Of a stretch of 64,000 nucleotides of DNA, positions 12,301-30,500 are shown in pieces; the stretch's first letter is position 1, and each line of letters starts with the position of its first letter. Under the pieces are notes generated by a model, which had not been told where the DNA came from, made no database searches, and saw only the letters and a list, made by a program, of their open reading frames with translations. The DNA comes from Owenia fusiformis. Taxonomy: Eukaryota. The position numbers were made by a program, and so were the translations under genes. Location of the stretch: assembly GCA_903813345.2 (NCBI GenBank), contig CAIIXF020000001.1:35464001-35528000 (forward strand). Reading direction: 5' to 3'.

Positions 12301-13925
12301 AGAGGTGTCACGGATACCCGATTTTGTTCCGATCCGCAGAATTATGCCCTCGGAACGGAACACGGAACAAAAATTAAGAATTTCAGTTCGGTTCTGGAAC
12401 AAGGACATTTTACCCTTTCACATCTTCTGGCCCTTGAATCTCCACAAAACAGCATTTTTCTTTCAATCTTTTTACTCCATCTCTTTGAAGAGTTTTGAAG
12501 AGCTTTTCACTACCAAAAAGACCTAGATGTTAAAATTATTTTAATTTAATACATGCAGTCACTCTGTTCCGTTCCGAAGCAAAATGTTCCGAACCGAACT
12601 TTTCCGAATTTTTTCTGTTCCGTGACATCTCTAGTGTCAATACATTGTATGCACTTATTTCTTACAAAATGTTTTGTACACTTTATTTGTGTATTTGCTA
12701 AACATGTTTTGATTCCCCATCGATATCACTTCACATGCAATAAAATATAATTGAAAAGTACACAAATGTAATATATCTATAATTTATACCAAAACTGTTA
12801 TTCTACTAATATTCACGCAGTTATAAGTTTTGCATATCCTTGATTTTGAATGATATCAGTTTTATCAACAGCCTGACTTCAATATGTCATCTATAAGACA
12901 CAATGGAAGATTCTTATATAAGAGTATTTAGAATAGAAGGATTTTCAGTTTAATTAAAGTAAACATTATTGTATTTCAGTTCCAAATAGGAGAGGTGGTG
13001 ATTATCCAGGTTATCCATACAATTGAGTTCTGTCTTGGTTGTATCTCCAACACTGCATCCTATCTGAGATTGTGGGCATTGAGTCTTGCTCATGCAGGTA
13101 AGAAACAAATAAATACATGTATATTGATACAGTATGTTTAACTATTTGATGTGCTTCTTAGGGTCTTAAAGCATTCACATAACATTAATTTCGTTAACTG
13201 GTGCTATACCATATTAGTCAACGGAACTGGATGTTTTAATTGATTGAAACATATAAGATTAACTCATGCTCTTGTTTATACTCAACTTTGAATGTTTCAG
13301 AGTTATCTGATGTCCTGTGGTCAATGGTGTTTAGAGTTGGGCTGTCAATAAATGGCTGGGCAGGAGCTGCTGTCCTCATATTTGTGTTTATCTTCTGGTC
13401 TGTTCTCACCCTGGCTGTCCTGCTCGTCATGGAGGGACTCTCTGCATTCCTGCATGCGATTCGTCTTCACTGGTAAGAATCTCACCCCATGAGGAATATG
13501 TCTCAATGGGCATCATTTGAAACATGGTGGAGCATGTGGATGACACTCTACATTGGAAAACAATGTCAGAAATTATTATTACTTCATTTTTAAGAGAAAG
13601 CTATACACAAGATGACGTCCATCTAGGTGTTCAGAATGCTCCTTCATTTTTATGCTGCCAATGTTTTGGAATTCATTTGCATCTTAAACCATTGATGACT
13701 CCATCTTAGTCTGAGTATGTCTGTTGGAGAAATTATCTCTCCTTTAAATATTGTTCTTTCATTTGTAATTTTGTTCATTGTTTGAAAAAGAGCACCATTA
13801 ACTTGTTTTCATTTCTTTATTCCAGGATTGAGTTCCAGAATAAGTTCTATACAGGGATGGGGTACAAGTTTGTACCATTCTCCTTTGACCAGATCCTAGA
13901 AACGTCACACATCGAGGCAGAATAG
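219..13925 (+). CDS. ATP6V0A1: V-type H+-ATPase V0 subunit a (116 kDa), 5' end outside the window. Exons: [219/237-325 or 1437-1522], 2003-2129, 2482-2658, 2948-3160, 3511-3661, 3921-4060, 4336-4481, 4875-5001, 5354-5472, 5838-5992, 6192-6277, 6616-6720, [7309-7410 or 7685-7786], 12980-13097, 13301-13472, 13826-13925
   Basis: Spliced translation gives [87 protein letters not shown] (with the essential Arg) and [23 protein letters not shown]. Intron phases are consistent; TAG at 13923-13925. The paralogue name (a1) is approximate. Confidence 0.96.
1437..1522 (+). CDS. ATP6V0A1: V-ATPase a alternative exon A2 ([29 protein letters not shown]), mutually exclusive with A1
   Basis: Branch-point-like CTAAC at 1416-1420, ttaacag acceptor, open frame, ends L-G on GG|gtaac with the same phases as A1. 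Confidence 0.8.
7309..7410 (+). CDS. ATP6V0A1: V-ATPase a alternative exon B1 ([34 protein letters not shown]), 102 nt
   Basis: gcttttag acceptor, GAG|gtgaat donor, phase 0/0; same length and PEEE ending as B2. Confidence 0.8.
7685..7786 (+). CDS. ATP6V0A1: V-ATPase a alternative exon B2 ([34 protein letters not shown]), 102 nt
   Basis: ttttcccacag acceptor, GAG|gtgatg donor, phase 0/0; resembles the acidic cytosolic loop preceding HTIE(Y/F)CLG in a-subunits. Confidence 0.85.
8414..9309. mobile_element. Tc1/pogo-type MITE (TA|CAGTAAAACCTGT ... ACAGGCTTTACTG|TA) interrupted by a CACTA element
   Basis: Terminal inverted repeats with TA flanks; internal repeated AAGTG(A/G)A(A/G)(C)ACCTC-like motifs on both sides of the insert. 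Confidence 0.7.
8517..9210. mobile_element. Non-autonomous CACTA/EnSpm-type element
   Basis: Starts CACTA (8517), ends TAGTG (9210), 3-bp TTA on both flanks; many subterminal palindromic AAGACGTCTT/AAAACGTTTT motifs at both ends. Confidence 0.75.
9874..10862 (+). mobile_element. Helentron-associated non-autonomous element (HINE/DINE-1/pearl-like), full length, about 3.5 internal 135-bp repeats
   Basis: Subterminal IRs ATCCCATCGAAC (9878-9889) / GTTCGATGGGAT (10819-10830), GTCY microsatellite near the 5' end, repeat units starting 10281, 10423, 10558, 10693, 3' stem-loop and CTAGTT end. Confidence 0.8.
12300..12633. mobile_element. hAT-type MITE
   Basis: TIR TAGAG(G/A)TGTCACGGA; perfect 8-bp TSD GTGTCAAT at 12292-12299 and 12634-12641. 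Confidence 0.88.
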
Positions 13926-15329
13926 AAACCAGAGCCAAAAACCTCCTAAGGGAATATAAACACATGGAATTCATATTCCCTCCTTGAAATTAGCTGATTT
14001 ACTTGCTAGTTATTTGGGACAATATTCACCCATTTGTCTGTTTTCTGCTGTAATAGCAATTCTGGACTCTCTTGGATTTTTCTTTCATGATGTCAATGTA
14101 TGAGTGGTGCATCATAGCATTATACCAACAAACAAATAAATTGGAAGTACTATAAATCATTATGTGTCTATATTATACTGATTTTGTAAATGTATCATTC
14201 TGTATAAATCTTGTGAAAGAGACATTTAAGGTGATTGATGCATCAGGGATATATTGTAAAGGTAGTCACCTGTGTGGTCTTCCCTTCTGTATTAGATTAC
14301 ATTGTGAGGTCACAGTAATGTACATTGTGAGGTCACAAGGAGCAGTAATTTCAAATGTAGAAAATTGTGGAAGGTAATGTGACTTTCCAGGTACTAGTTG
14401 TTATTCAAAGTTGGTGGAATTTTTCCAGCATTTATCATGTTGTTTTTATTCAGCTCATGTTGAGTAAAATCAGTAAAATGGTGCATAATATAATAGTAAA
14501 TATATATATATAAGTATCAGTACTTGAATAGATTGTGGCTTACTCATGATGTTCAATGAAAAATTGTTAGGTTGAGTTGTAACCTGGAGGCATGATCTAT
14601 TCAAGTCTTGGTACTCTGCAGTTAGTTAGGGGTGGTGTCCAAATGAGTGCATTTGTGAAAATTTAGTTTAAAGTTTAGTAGGGTTAAACCTGACCCCCTC
14701 ATTACCAAGGTGAAAATGCTAATTTGCTGTTGTCTTGGATTAATTAAACAGTCATTTACCCTGTCTCACTTTGACAAAATTATTTTCCTTCTTCCACAAC
14801 TATTCATATTTGAACATCATTCATTTAGACACCATCCCCCATGAATGTTAAAATATTTATTATCAATGGAGTAATGTAAAATGTGACTGTTTTGTGATAT
14901 TCCCTATTAGATATTCATGAAATAGGCTTCAATCAGATTTTGAACTTTGAAATTAATATGGATTTCTATCCAATCCCGAAGCAGAAACCATGACAATGTT
15001 TTAAATAAATTAGGTATGTCACTATTCAAAATTATTATAATCCATATATACTATATACTAAAACATGCTGACCAATCCTGATAGGTTTCACAATTGTATT
15101 GATTATGTTAGGCTATTACTTCTATAGTTTCTTTATATAGGTGATACTTTATTTTTGACAATTACTTCTAAGCCTAGTCTGTTAATTGGCATTTATATAG
15201 GTGCTATGCTAATTTCACAAGCGCCTCGTGCGCTCTTTGGCAAATTTACCATATAGGTGTTAGAATTTCAAAATTACACTGAAAATGTTATTAGAATTGT
15301 TAATGTATCTCTGTTATGTACATGTTTGG

Positions 15330-15335
15330 AATAAA
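15330..15335 (+). terminator. Candidate polyadenylation signal of the V-ATPase gene (a proximal AATAAA is at 14135-14140)
   Basis: AATAAA followed by GT/T-rich sequence, downstream of the stop at 13925. Confidence 0.45.
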
Positions 15336-15435
15336 GTAATGAATGTTGTAAATAATGCTATAGTTTAGTATTGTTTTCAAGCATTTTCCTGGTTTGGATC
15401 TAGAATGGTCCTTTCCTAAAGCAGAATAACTGTTT

Positions 15436-15594
15436 CAGTGATCCAGCATTAAAGCAGTATCCACCTGAAAATCCATTTGCACCTACTTGAAAATGAGAAA
15501 TATCATGAAAAATTGGCATATTTTGATAAATGGTCTGAATTGAGAAAATGAGAACTTTGCGCCCACCTGAGAAAGAATCCTGGGGAGATCACTG
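15436..15594. mobile_element. Short CAGTG...CACTG MITE, same family as 61389-61588
   Basis: CAGTGATC / GATCACTG ends; internal sequence shared in inverted orientation with 61389-61588. Confidence 0.7.
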
Positions 15595-17987
15595 TGTTCT
15601 TTGGTAAATTATAGAAAATATTCAAAACATCCAGACTATTATTGCTTCATGAAAAGCAACATCTGAAAAACCAACTATTGCAAGTGCCTAATATAATATG
15701 GATTATAGTGTGAAAACACAAGGGCAACAATTAAAAAACTTTCAGACCTTTAATACATTTCAAATTTTTGCCATCAATAGCTACAAAGTCATTCATGATG
15801 TATTTTCTGTTCGGGGAACTGGGGATTGTGTAAAACAAAATGTGTTCATGTTTTAACTAGTTTCGCTGAAACAGAAATTTCTGCCTTGGTCTTTAGCACA
15901 TTGTAATTATACTCCATGGAGCAACTCCACAAGAGGTTTCAGATGATTACCTCAACAAAATGCAAAAGAGTAAGAGATCGATAGTAAAATGATTCTGTAA
16001 AGAATTTGTCTAAAAAATTTTAACACATGGACAGACATGCAAGTTAAAGATTTCATCGACCCACCACCATATGAGCCAAAAATACGGTACTAGTAGAAGA
16101 AAGGCAGAGATCTCTTGTTTCATCTATTTTAGTTCAAGATATCAAAAAATATACTTTTAATTGCTTCAAGCAAAACCAACATAATTTGGTAGTTTTCATT
16201 CAATACAATAGGATTTTATATTTCTATATAATATTCATAAATATACAATATTCATATTAAATGAACAATAATTTTCATTTCTAACCATACCCAACAAATA
16301 GACAATGTTTTTCAAAATACATCTTAAAAATATGTACATTTTACATACAAGAGAGTAATATCTAAGTAAAGAGTGATACACTTAAACTAAAATTCTACAT
16401 TTTCCAATTTCAACTGTAAGAGGAATGTTTTTTTCGTTCAAAAGAACAGACATTTCAAAAATATGGCAAAATATATCTTCAATGCAGGACGGAGAAGGTG
16501 TACAGACAAATCTAGACTAGTTTAGATTTACAATAAAATAATTGTATCTCAAAATGGCACTGTCTGGGGTTTTAACAATGTATTGTGAGCTATATGAAAT
16601 ATACTGTTATTAAGCTTTATTTGAAATGCCTAAATCTAAAAGGCAGGGTGGTGAAATGAAGTTGTGTGGCTATTTGATTAGAGGGTCAGCTGATTACTTC
16701 AGAATGCTAAAGCAAAATAAATCCATGATTTAATTTTGAGTAGATTCCCTAAATCCTTATGACACACCCTGTACAAGCATCTACAATTTTCGTGATTTGA
16801 GGTCAGACATACAGACAGTGCCTCTTTAAAATTTGGATGGAATTGGAAAGTCAAGAAATACCATGTACCAGTAAAAAAACATACATATAGTGGACATTCA
16901 TGAGTAAAATACATGTAGATATATACATGTAATAGTCTTTATATTAAATATAGATGTAATCTGATGTTGTAAAAACAACATGAAGCAATAATAACATTAT
17001 GCTTCTTTAATATCACAATGGTGGAAATGAAAATGAGTATCAGACTAAACATAGGAATAAATACATTCTTTATCATAGTTCTCCCTAAATCTGTTGAAAT
17101 TTCTTGAGTATCAGTTGAAAAGATAATTCTAATTTGTCCTGAGCTTTTAGACCCTACTTTTCATACAATAAAACCTCACATTGGGAACACCTAATTTCCT
17201 TATATATATAAGAGGTGTTCATTGATTACATTTGTCTCTGTAACTTACAATACATTTAATACAACACTGTATTTGTATTACTTAATACAAGTAAGATATT
17301 TTCATGTTTTTTAGAGTTAAATCAATGGATGAGTAAAGCGAGAGTAATATAGGGTGAACCATTAGCTCCAATGGTGTGAGGCATGCAGGGATGCGGGGAT
17401 GCAGTGATATCATTGTTACTAGCTGCAAGATGCCTTATATTCGGATTTTTAATCCATTCAGTTGCCAAATTACATCTAAAATATAAGCTTAACAAAAAAT
17501 CATAAAATAAAGCACAAGCAAGTTTAAATATACAATAAGCCAAAATCAGATCATATACTGTAAGCATTGCAGGCAGAAACACTAAAAGTCTACTGAATTT
17601 ACAAAATAAACAACTAAAAGCTAGGAGAAAGGGCTTATAAAAATATTACACTGTCATACCTGTCTCTACATGACAAAATGGATTTATTTTTGTATACGCA
17701 TAATAATCCATGAAGTCTCATACACTTTTGCTTTTAGCTCTACTGACACAATACTAATATGTTAATGTGTAAAATAAGTGATTTGGGATATTGAATTCAA
17801 GTTTTGATTCTCTAAGATCATAAGTTCTCTTATATTCTTTGATCACTGTCTTGATATCCAAAGAGCATGAGTCTAATCTGTTTGGATCCTGATCTTCGAG
17901 AATCAAAACCACTTATTGTTATATAATCAGATCTTAATGTTGAGGAGCTGTGTACATATTTCAAAATAAAAGTTGAAAAAAGAACTT

Positions 17988-18368
17988 TGCAGGCAAAGTG
18001 AGGAAAAACCTCTTTTACTGCCGCTGAATACTAAAACAAACAAAAATGATCCAAAATTTGCATCCTCCGATCACAGGGCTTCAAATCCAGAATACATTCT
18101 TTCTTTTTACCCCCTGCGATAAGCAGTTAGCATTTCCCCAATTAAGAACTCGCAATCTAATTGGCTGTCGCAACACTGCGACAGAAATCATGTATAAGTC
18201 ATTGCGCATAATTAGATCACATGATTCAGTTTAATCGGGCGCTTCCAAATTTGTTATTGCAGGGGGAAGATAAGAAGGAGGTACGGATTCTGGATACCTG
18301 CTTAGGAGGATGAAAATTTGTAACCCAGCCCCTTTATAGCTGAGGTTTGTACTAAACTGTGCTGCAGG
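17988..18368. repeat. Degenerate long inverted repeat (old MITE) in the distal CAPSL 3' UTR
   Basis: TCCAGAAT...CCCCCTGCGATAA (about 18086-18122) mirrors TTATTGCAGGGGG...ATTCTGGA (about 18254-18294); CATCCTCC/GGAGGATG arms lie further out. Confidence 0.55.
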
Positions 18369-18433
18369 CATTGTAATGAGTGTATGTTGTAGTGATGTAT
18401 GCACTTGCCGGTTCAGTGAACTATACTAGAAAA

Positions 18434-23939
<5,506 letters not shown>

Positions 23940-24586
23940 ATTTGGTTTAGTATAGTGTTGTCTACTTGTGTTTTATGAGGATCAAGCAGGTAAGATTTTC
24001 TCCAGAATTTCAGTGATTTTCTCCAAAATTACTTTTTACTTATGATTGTTGATATCCCATTCAGTATCCTTCTCTGAAAGTTAAACTACTTGCGAAATAT
24101 ATTTTCTTATTCGAATGATAAATGTATGTGTAGGTGAGGTCGATATATATCGGAAATACCCTCTAAAACTGATTAAAAATGCAATATTTGTATCATATTT
24201 GCAACTATTTTTCAAAAATGGCGAAGTCTCCCGTGACGTCAAAATCTCGCACCTTGTTATAACGTCTCCACAACGACCACACAAGTAAAGAGAATGGGAT
24301 TGGTACTTTATATGAGTTTTAACCTTTTTCACGCCTTTAATGTTTTCTAAAAAGGTAGTATCAACTCCGAAATTTACTCATTTCAGTAATTTTTAAGATT
24401 TGTGTTGAATTAATTACCCCATTTAATAGCAATTAGCAGTTCAACTGATTTGCTTGCAAGAGTTTCTTTGCCAGGGATAAAAGGGGGCGGGGTCATGTCC
24501 TTGAACTTTCTGACACTACTTCCGGGTTAAAAGAGGTAGAGGAAGTTCTCCAGAAAGGTTGATACATCTGTATAAATTATAAGATA
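23940..24586. promoter_or_regulatory. Putative bidirectional promoter between CAPSL (-) and MTAP (+)
   Basis: 647 nt between divergent ATGs; YY1-like AAAATGGCG 24215-24223, CRE TGACGTCA 24234-24241, GC box GGGGGCGGGG 24483-24492, ETS ACTTCCGG 24518-24525. Confidence 0.65.
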
Positions 24587-27500
24587 ATGACAACGATAAA
24601 AGTAAGTTCCTTTTTTTTATTTAACTCCAGTGAGTGTCAACGAATTCAACTAATCTATCCAAATTGCTTTCTGCTTAGAGGAGTTTCATATTTCTGTGAT
24701 TGCAGTTGACATGCACAAAAAACATGTTTTTTTCCAACACTTGCAATTTGCATGCATGTAAAGTGGGGAACAAAAATAAACCGCAACCATCAAAAGTTGT
24801 CACAATGAGCTAAATTCTAAGTATCGTGTCTCAAACTCTCCTAAGCGGTAGAAAAATAATTCCCGTTCACAATAATTGAATCCAAAGCTTTTCATGAATC
24901 GCCATGTTTGTGATCCAAGGAGGATTGACTCCCAGAATGCAACATCAGTTGACCTTATTTACTCGTGACAGGTTTCAAAATGGTGGAACGGCATTTTGAA
25001 AGCCTGCTGGCATGTGTCATGTTGCATTCTGGGAGCCAATCCTCATTGCGGCGTAATCGGGCTCCAAAATCACCTCAACATTTGAAGAGTTGACATTACA
25101 TGTGTGTGAATATCCATTCTCTAAATTCATTTCGTGCGTTGCGTACCTTCACTACCAAGGCACAGGAGATAAGATTGCACTAGATGAAAGCTCGGAGATT
25201 GGTGAATATCCACTTCAAATTTTTAAGTTCTTATTTTTTGTCATTATGGACACAAATTCCACTATATCTGGACTTACATGACTTACTAAGACTGAGAAAA
25301 TAAAGCACTGAATACACTGAGGTAAACATTTAATATTACATGTGCGACAGCATGTTACTAAAGTTTTCATAGCTATAGTAATTCTTTATGTTCTCCACTG
25401 TACAGTCAGATGTTTGGAACTACTTTGAATTTGAAAAATAAGCAATCAAATGACTATATTGCAACAGTATATGGAAAAATGGAAACATATGTACAAGTCC
25501 TAACTTTTGTATATTTCAGATAGTTGGGATGGAGGGGGGGGGTCGGATGGAGGGGGGGATTTATATATCTTTACGATGGAACATATTCACAAGAACTTGT
25601 GTACTTGAAAAAACTAAACTCAGTACCCCAATAAGACACTGGATATTATATCTCTCGAGAATTAAAAATGGGAAAATTTGGAGTCATAAGAATAAATTCA
25701 AGTAGCATGTCTTATCATGTCTTATATACACGTGATCCCCCTCCATCCGATCCCCCCTCCAACCATCCCAAATAAATTTATTTAGATTATTTTTTGTATA
25801 ATGCATGGAAACTAACTTTAAAAAGTGAGCAATGTCATAAGTATTGTGATAATAACGTCCCTTATACCTATTTATTACAGGTCATGTAGACCATTGTTGC
25901 CCGATTTATAGCAAAAACATTGACTTTTGCACTTTGGTGATGATGCACCTTTTTTAATAGATCTCATATCTTAGAAGGGTATCAGTTCAAAAAAAATACT
26001 AGATGACCTAACATATTTTGCCATGCACTGCGCCTATTTATTTGGGAATCCAGTTTTAAATTTTCTCTTTAAAAAATAAATCTTCCAAATGTGTTGTGTT
26101 TTCTTGCAGAAATCGCCTAATCCCCCTCCATCCCATTTGTACGATCACCTGGCGTGATACTGGTTCAATATTGCCCTTTGATTGCTTATTTTTTAAATTC
26201 AAAGTAGTTACTAACATTTAAAATTTTACTGTACAGTAAAATTTTAAATGTTTGGAACTACTTTGAATTTAAAGGCCCACTATACTTAATTGAGAATAAA
26301 AAATAAAAAATTATCATTGAAACATGTTACTCACACACTAGCTCAATGGGATCTCAAGGAAATTCTGATATTTCAGTTTTCCAAATTTTCTTTCAAAGTT
26401 TTCAGACAACACAGGAGCTACCATTGACCTGTTTCAAGGTTTACTAAAGTTAAAAGTAGACTGTGTAATTATACTTTCCTGAAAAAAGCAAGGAAATACA
26501 CACATGCCTTCATACTTAATTTTGTACCAGAAAATAATATGTGCAGGTATAGCAGTTTTTTACCAAAATGTTACTTTCCAGCTGAGCCTTAATATTGAAC
26601 CAAGAAAGAAATAACTCAAATAGAAAAAAGCATTTGCAGTTTAGAGATCATTAGACATGCATGCACATTTGACTTACTTTTGATTTAAAAGAGGGTGGCA
26701 CTTCTATAAAATGAATGTATTATGTAATACAAACAACTTTACCATCTTTCAATGAAAACTTGATATATAAAGCTTGACAGATCGAAAATATTTCTTGATA
26801 ATTTATTGTAAGCTTTGATGTGATCCGTTTGAGCTGTTGTTGGTGTCAAATGAAAGATAAGGTTCTTATCAATACGTATATTGGACATACTATGAAATTC
26901 AAATGTAAATCTTTATTTTGCCCAAAAAGTTGAAAATACGCAAAGTTGGCCTTAAAAAATAAGCAATCAAAGGACCATATTGAAGCAGTATATGTAAAAA
27001 TAGAAACATTTATACATGTTCTACTTTTGTATTTCAGTTTGTTTTGTAGTTTAGCTATCATATCTGTGCCCTCTTATATTTTGATGCTTCTCTGCCATGT
27101 TATTATCCCATCGAACAAATGTTTGGAGGGATATAGGGTACACCTCCCTCCCTCCATCCGTCCGTCCTTCCGACCATCCGGGCAATAACTCAAATACCGT
27201 TGGCCCGATTTTGTTCATATTTTGTGCACATATACCTTATGAAGGTAGAAGTTCTACTCGAAAGCCGATTTTCAAAATGGCCTGCGCTCATTAAAAAATA
27301 TAACATTTTGCTCGAGATGCGGACTGTTAATTTTAGAAAACAATGCCTGACACCCTTTTGCAAGGGTCAAGTTGGCAAGTCATCAATTTCACTCTGTAGA
27401 GTCCAGTCTATCATCACCATAACAACTGTTTAACTAGTGACCTTGAGTGTGTTATTGGTTATACTATATAATAACGGAACTTTACTTGAAATAGTGTGTT

Positions 27501-30500
27501 CTGATTAGCTGGAATTGGACACACCTTGCCTAGCTACGGAGTGAATTGGCCAAATAATGGTACCCTATAAACCTCCAAATGAGCACTTATACTGCTAAAT
27601 ACAACAGAACACCCTGTGCTTTTTTACCCAAACTATTTTTGAGCACCCTGTAGACCCCACGCCCAATACCCAAACACCTTTTTACCCAAACCCCAAGGTA
27701 AAAGTAGTATTGCTCAATCTAGAAACTACAGGTATGAGCACTGTTGTGGGAAGTTCTACTATGACCCGATTATATAGACCAGGTTATGAAGGTGAAATTA
27801 CCCTTCAATGTCTTCATGGGTATTGCGCATGTGTCTCGCATGCATCTGCATGCATCTTGCGATCTGATTGGTCCATTCGTGAAATAAGGTGCTTTTTTTA
27901 AGAATTTTGCTATGGTCTTACATTTGCAGTATTATCTTGATCCTTGTATGTATACGAGTGTCTGATATTGAAACAATACTTTTCCTTTGGCCTTTGATGA
28001 TCACAAGCACTGGGACAGTTAATGGAATTGTCCTGAAAAGAAAATTCAACACCACTTTCTGTGGTATACATATATATAGAGTGGGGGCTGGATTTTCAAT
28101 TCAATAAAATTTTCTATCTGTTATGATGCCTGTGGTCATCATCTTGTCTAAGGAACTTTCTGGTACTTCTCATTAACTCGAGTCTCTAGCCAACCGACTT
28201 CGGATGTAGAGACAGACTTGGAAGAAGGTTACCCCTAGCTATGATCTTCCTAGAGTTGTCATCTCAGGAACCAGATACCTGCCATATCTCTGTTTCGATC
28301 TTGTTTGTGGCTGCATATCCTATATTCCAGAGGTGTTCACTTCACTTTATAATCAGTAAAAGACAATAATTCAATATAATCATCAAGTGACATCAACTTG
28401 GGTTATCAAATGAATTTTCGAGCATTTCATCTTGTTGATTTGCAAATTCTTCTTTCTTGCAGATCGGGATTATTGGAGGTTCAGGATTGGACAATCCAGA
28501 TATTCTTGAAGGTCGTACTGAAAAATTTGTTGAAACCCCATTTGGAAAGGTAGATATAATTGTAATTTGAGTAATTGTTAATTCAATTTTTATGCAAATG
28601 AACAAAATGATTACTTTCTATAACTCTTTCGCTTCAGTCTTTTAATATTAGATCTATATTATATACACCTGGACAGAACTATATTTTTAATAAAATTGAC
28701 AAATTAAATAAAATGATAAGACCATGTAGCTACTGACTTCTGAAGAAATGACAAATCCTCACTTTCCCAATGTTAAATTCAGACCATGCGATAGTCCGAC
28801 GAGTTTTTATTTAGATTTGAAATCTTGCTAATTTTCTACTAACACTTTTTGATAAATCATGAAATTAAGTGACTATTGCAAATTTTTACCATTGAATCCT
28901 GTAACAGTCTGGCCTAACCCAAACAAATAGAAACAAGTTCTGACATCTATTTATTCAGCTTTATTCAGCGATATACATATGTATCAACTCTTTTATTGAT
29001 AGTACATTTTAACCTGATTTTTAGCCCTCAGATGCTCTGCTGATTGGGAAAATCAAAGATGTTGACTGTGTGCTTCTTGCAAGGTAAGAGTAGGGCTGAA
29101 TACTACCTGTAAATAAAGTAACAAAATAACAAATACTAAATAAAACAACAAACACAGGAATGGCAACTCATGTCTCCCATTGTTACATATCTGTCTCAGA
29201 TATGAAATATGTCACACCTGTTTTTACCTGTCAATATGCAACTTGTGAGGTCACAACATGTGCACACAAAAACACACTTCATTCATTCATTGCCATATAC
29301 CATTATCACGGGGTACCATCGAATGATTTTGGCAACGTACCGGAGAACGACATTTTACTAAGAAATGGCAATAATTTAGCACAATACATTTTTTAACTAG
29401 AGTTCTATTTTGATTTTGACAAAAGTAAGTATTCCATGCAATAACTATTTCATTCATGAGTTTGTAGGAATTCTGTTGGAACCCAGTTCTGATCAAGTAC
29501 GAAGTGATTGAAATCGGCGCAGACGGACTTTACTCCGAAAGATGGTTTTTCGATTATAACTTTTCACAACATTTAAGTATAGACTTTTGAAAAAAGTACA
29601 GAATAGTCCTTATACTTTTGAATAATTCTGTTATTTCTGATTCACACGACTCTGATTTGTTTAATTAAAAAAAAAGTTTTAAAAATATTACTAAGGAACG
29701 CAACCGGAGCTGGGAACATAACCGGAGCAGATCAGTTGAATTATTTAATCAAAAAAATTAAAATATATGATTTAAGCCTAAAGCACATATACTAATTTAA
29801 AAACATACGGGATTGTTCGAATGCGTATTTATTAATATATATGCTTTAAATCATATATTTTATTTTTTTAAATTATATAATTCAACTGATCTGCTCCGGT
29901 TACGTTCCTAGGTAATATTTTTAAAACTTTTTTTTTGATTAAACAAATCAGAGTCGTGTGAATCAGAAATAACAGAATTATTCAATAGTATAAGGACTAT
30001 TCTGTACTTTTTTCAAAATTCTATACTTAAATGTTGTAAAAAGTTATAATCGAAAAACCATCTTTCGGAGTAAAGTCCGTCTGCGCCGATTTCAATAACT
30101 TCGTACTTGATCAGAACTGGGTTCCAACAGAATTCCTACAAACTCATGAATGAAATAGCCATTGCATGGAATACTTACTTTTGTCAAAATCAAAGTAGAA
30201 CTCTAGTTAAAAAATATATTGTGCTAAATTATTGCCAATTCTTAGTAAAATGTCGTTCTCCGGTACGTTGCCAAAATTATTCGATGGTACCCCGTGATTA
30301 TATTATTACATGGGCTTTCAGCAGATATTGGTATATATTGAATGGCATCTTTATTATGGTAAGAAAATGTCTTTGTATGAATCATAAATGGGTAGAAAAT
30401 TAACAGTGAAACAAAGTTCATGCATATGATTTATGAAAAGTTAAGAAGTAAATTTGTTATTTGCTATAAAACTTGGAGAAAGACATAATTGAATGGAACC

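Noticed and set aside
7787..12979. Microexon in the long intron after the B exons (analogous to the short vertebrate a1 insert)
   Set aside because: No AG..GT candidate stood out; it cannot be supported without RNA data.
15600..18000. A fourth CAPSL last exon or another gene between the V-ATPase and CAPSL
   Set aside because: No further [15 protein letters not shown] exon or coherent spliced frame was found by eye.
29287..30403. Twin ORFs [17 protein letters not shown]... on opposite strands
   Set aside because: Mirror images produced by the two arms of the fold-back element; no protein features.
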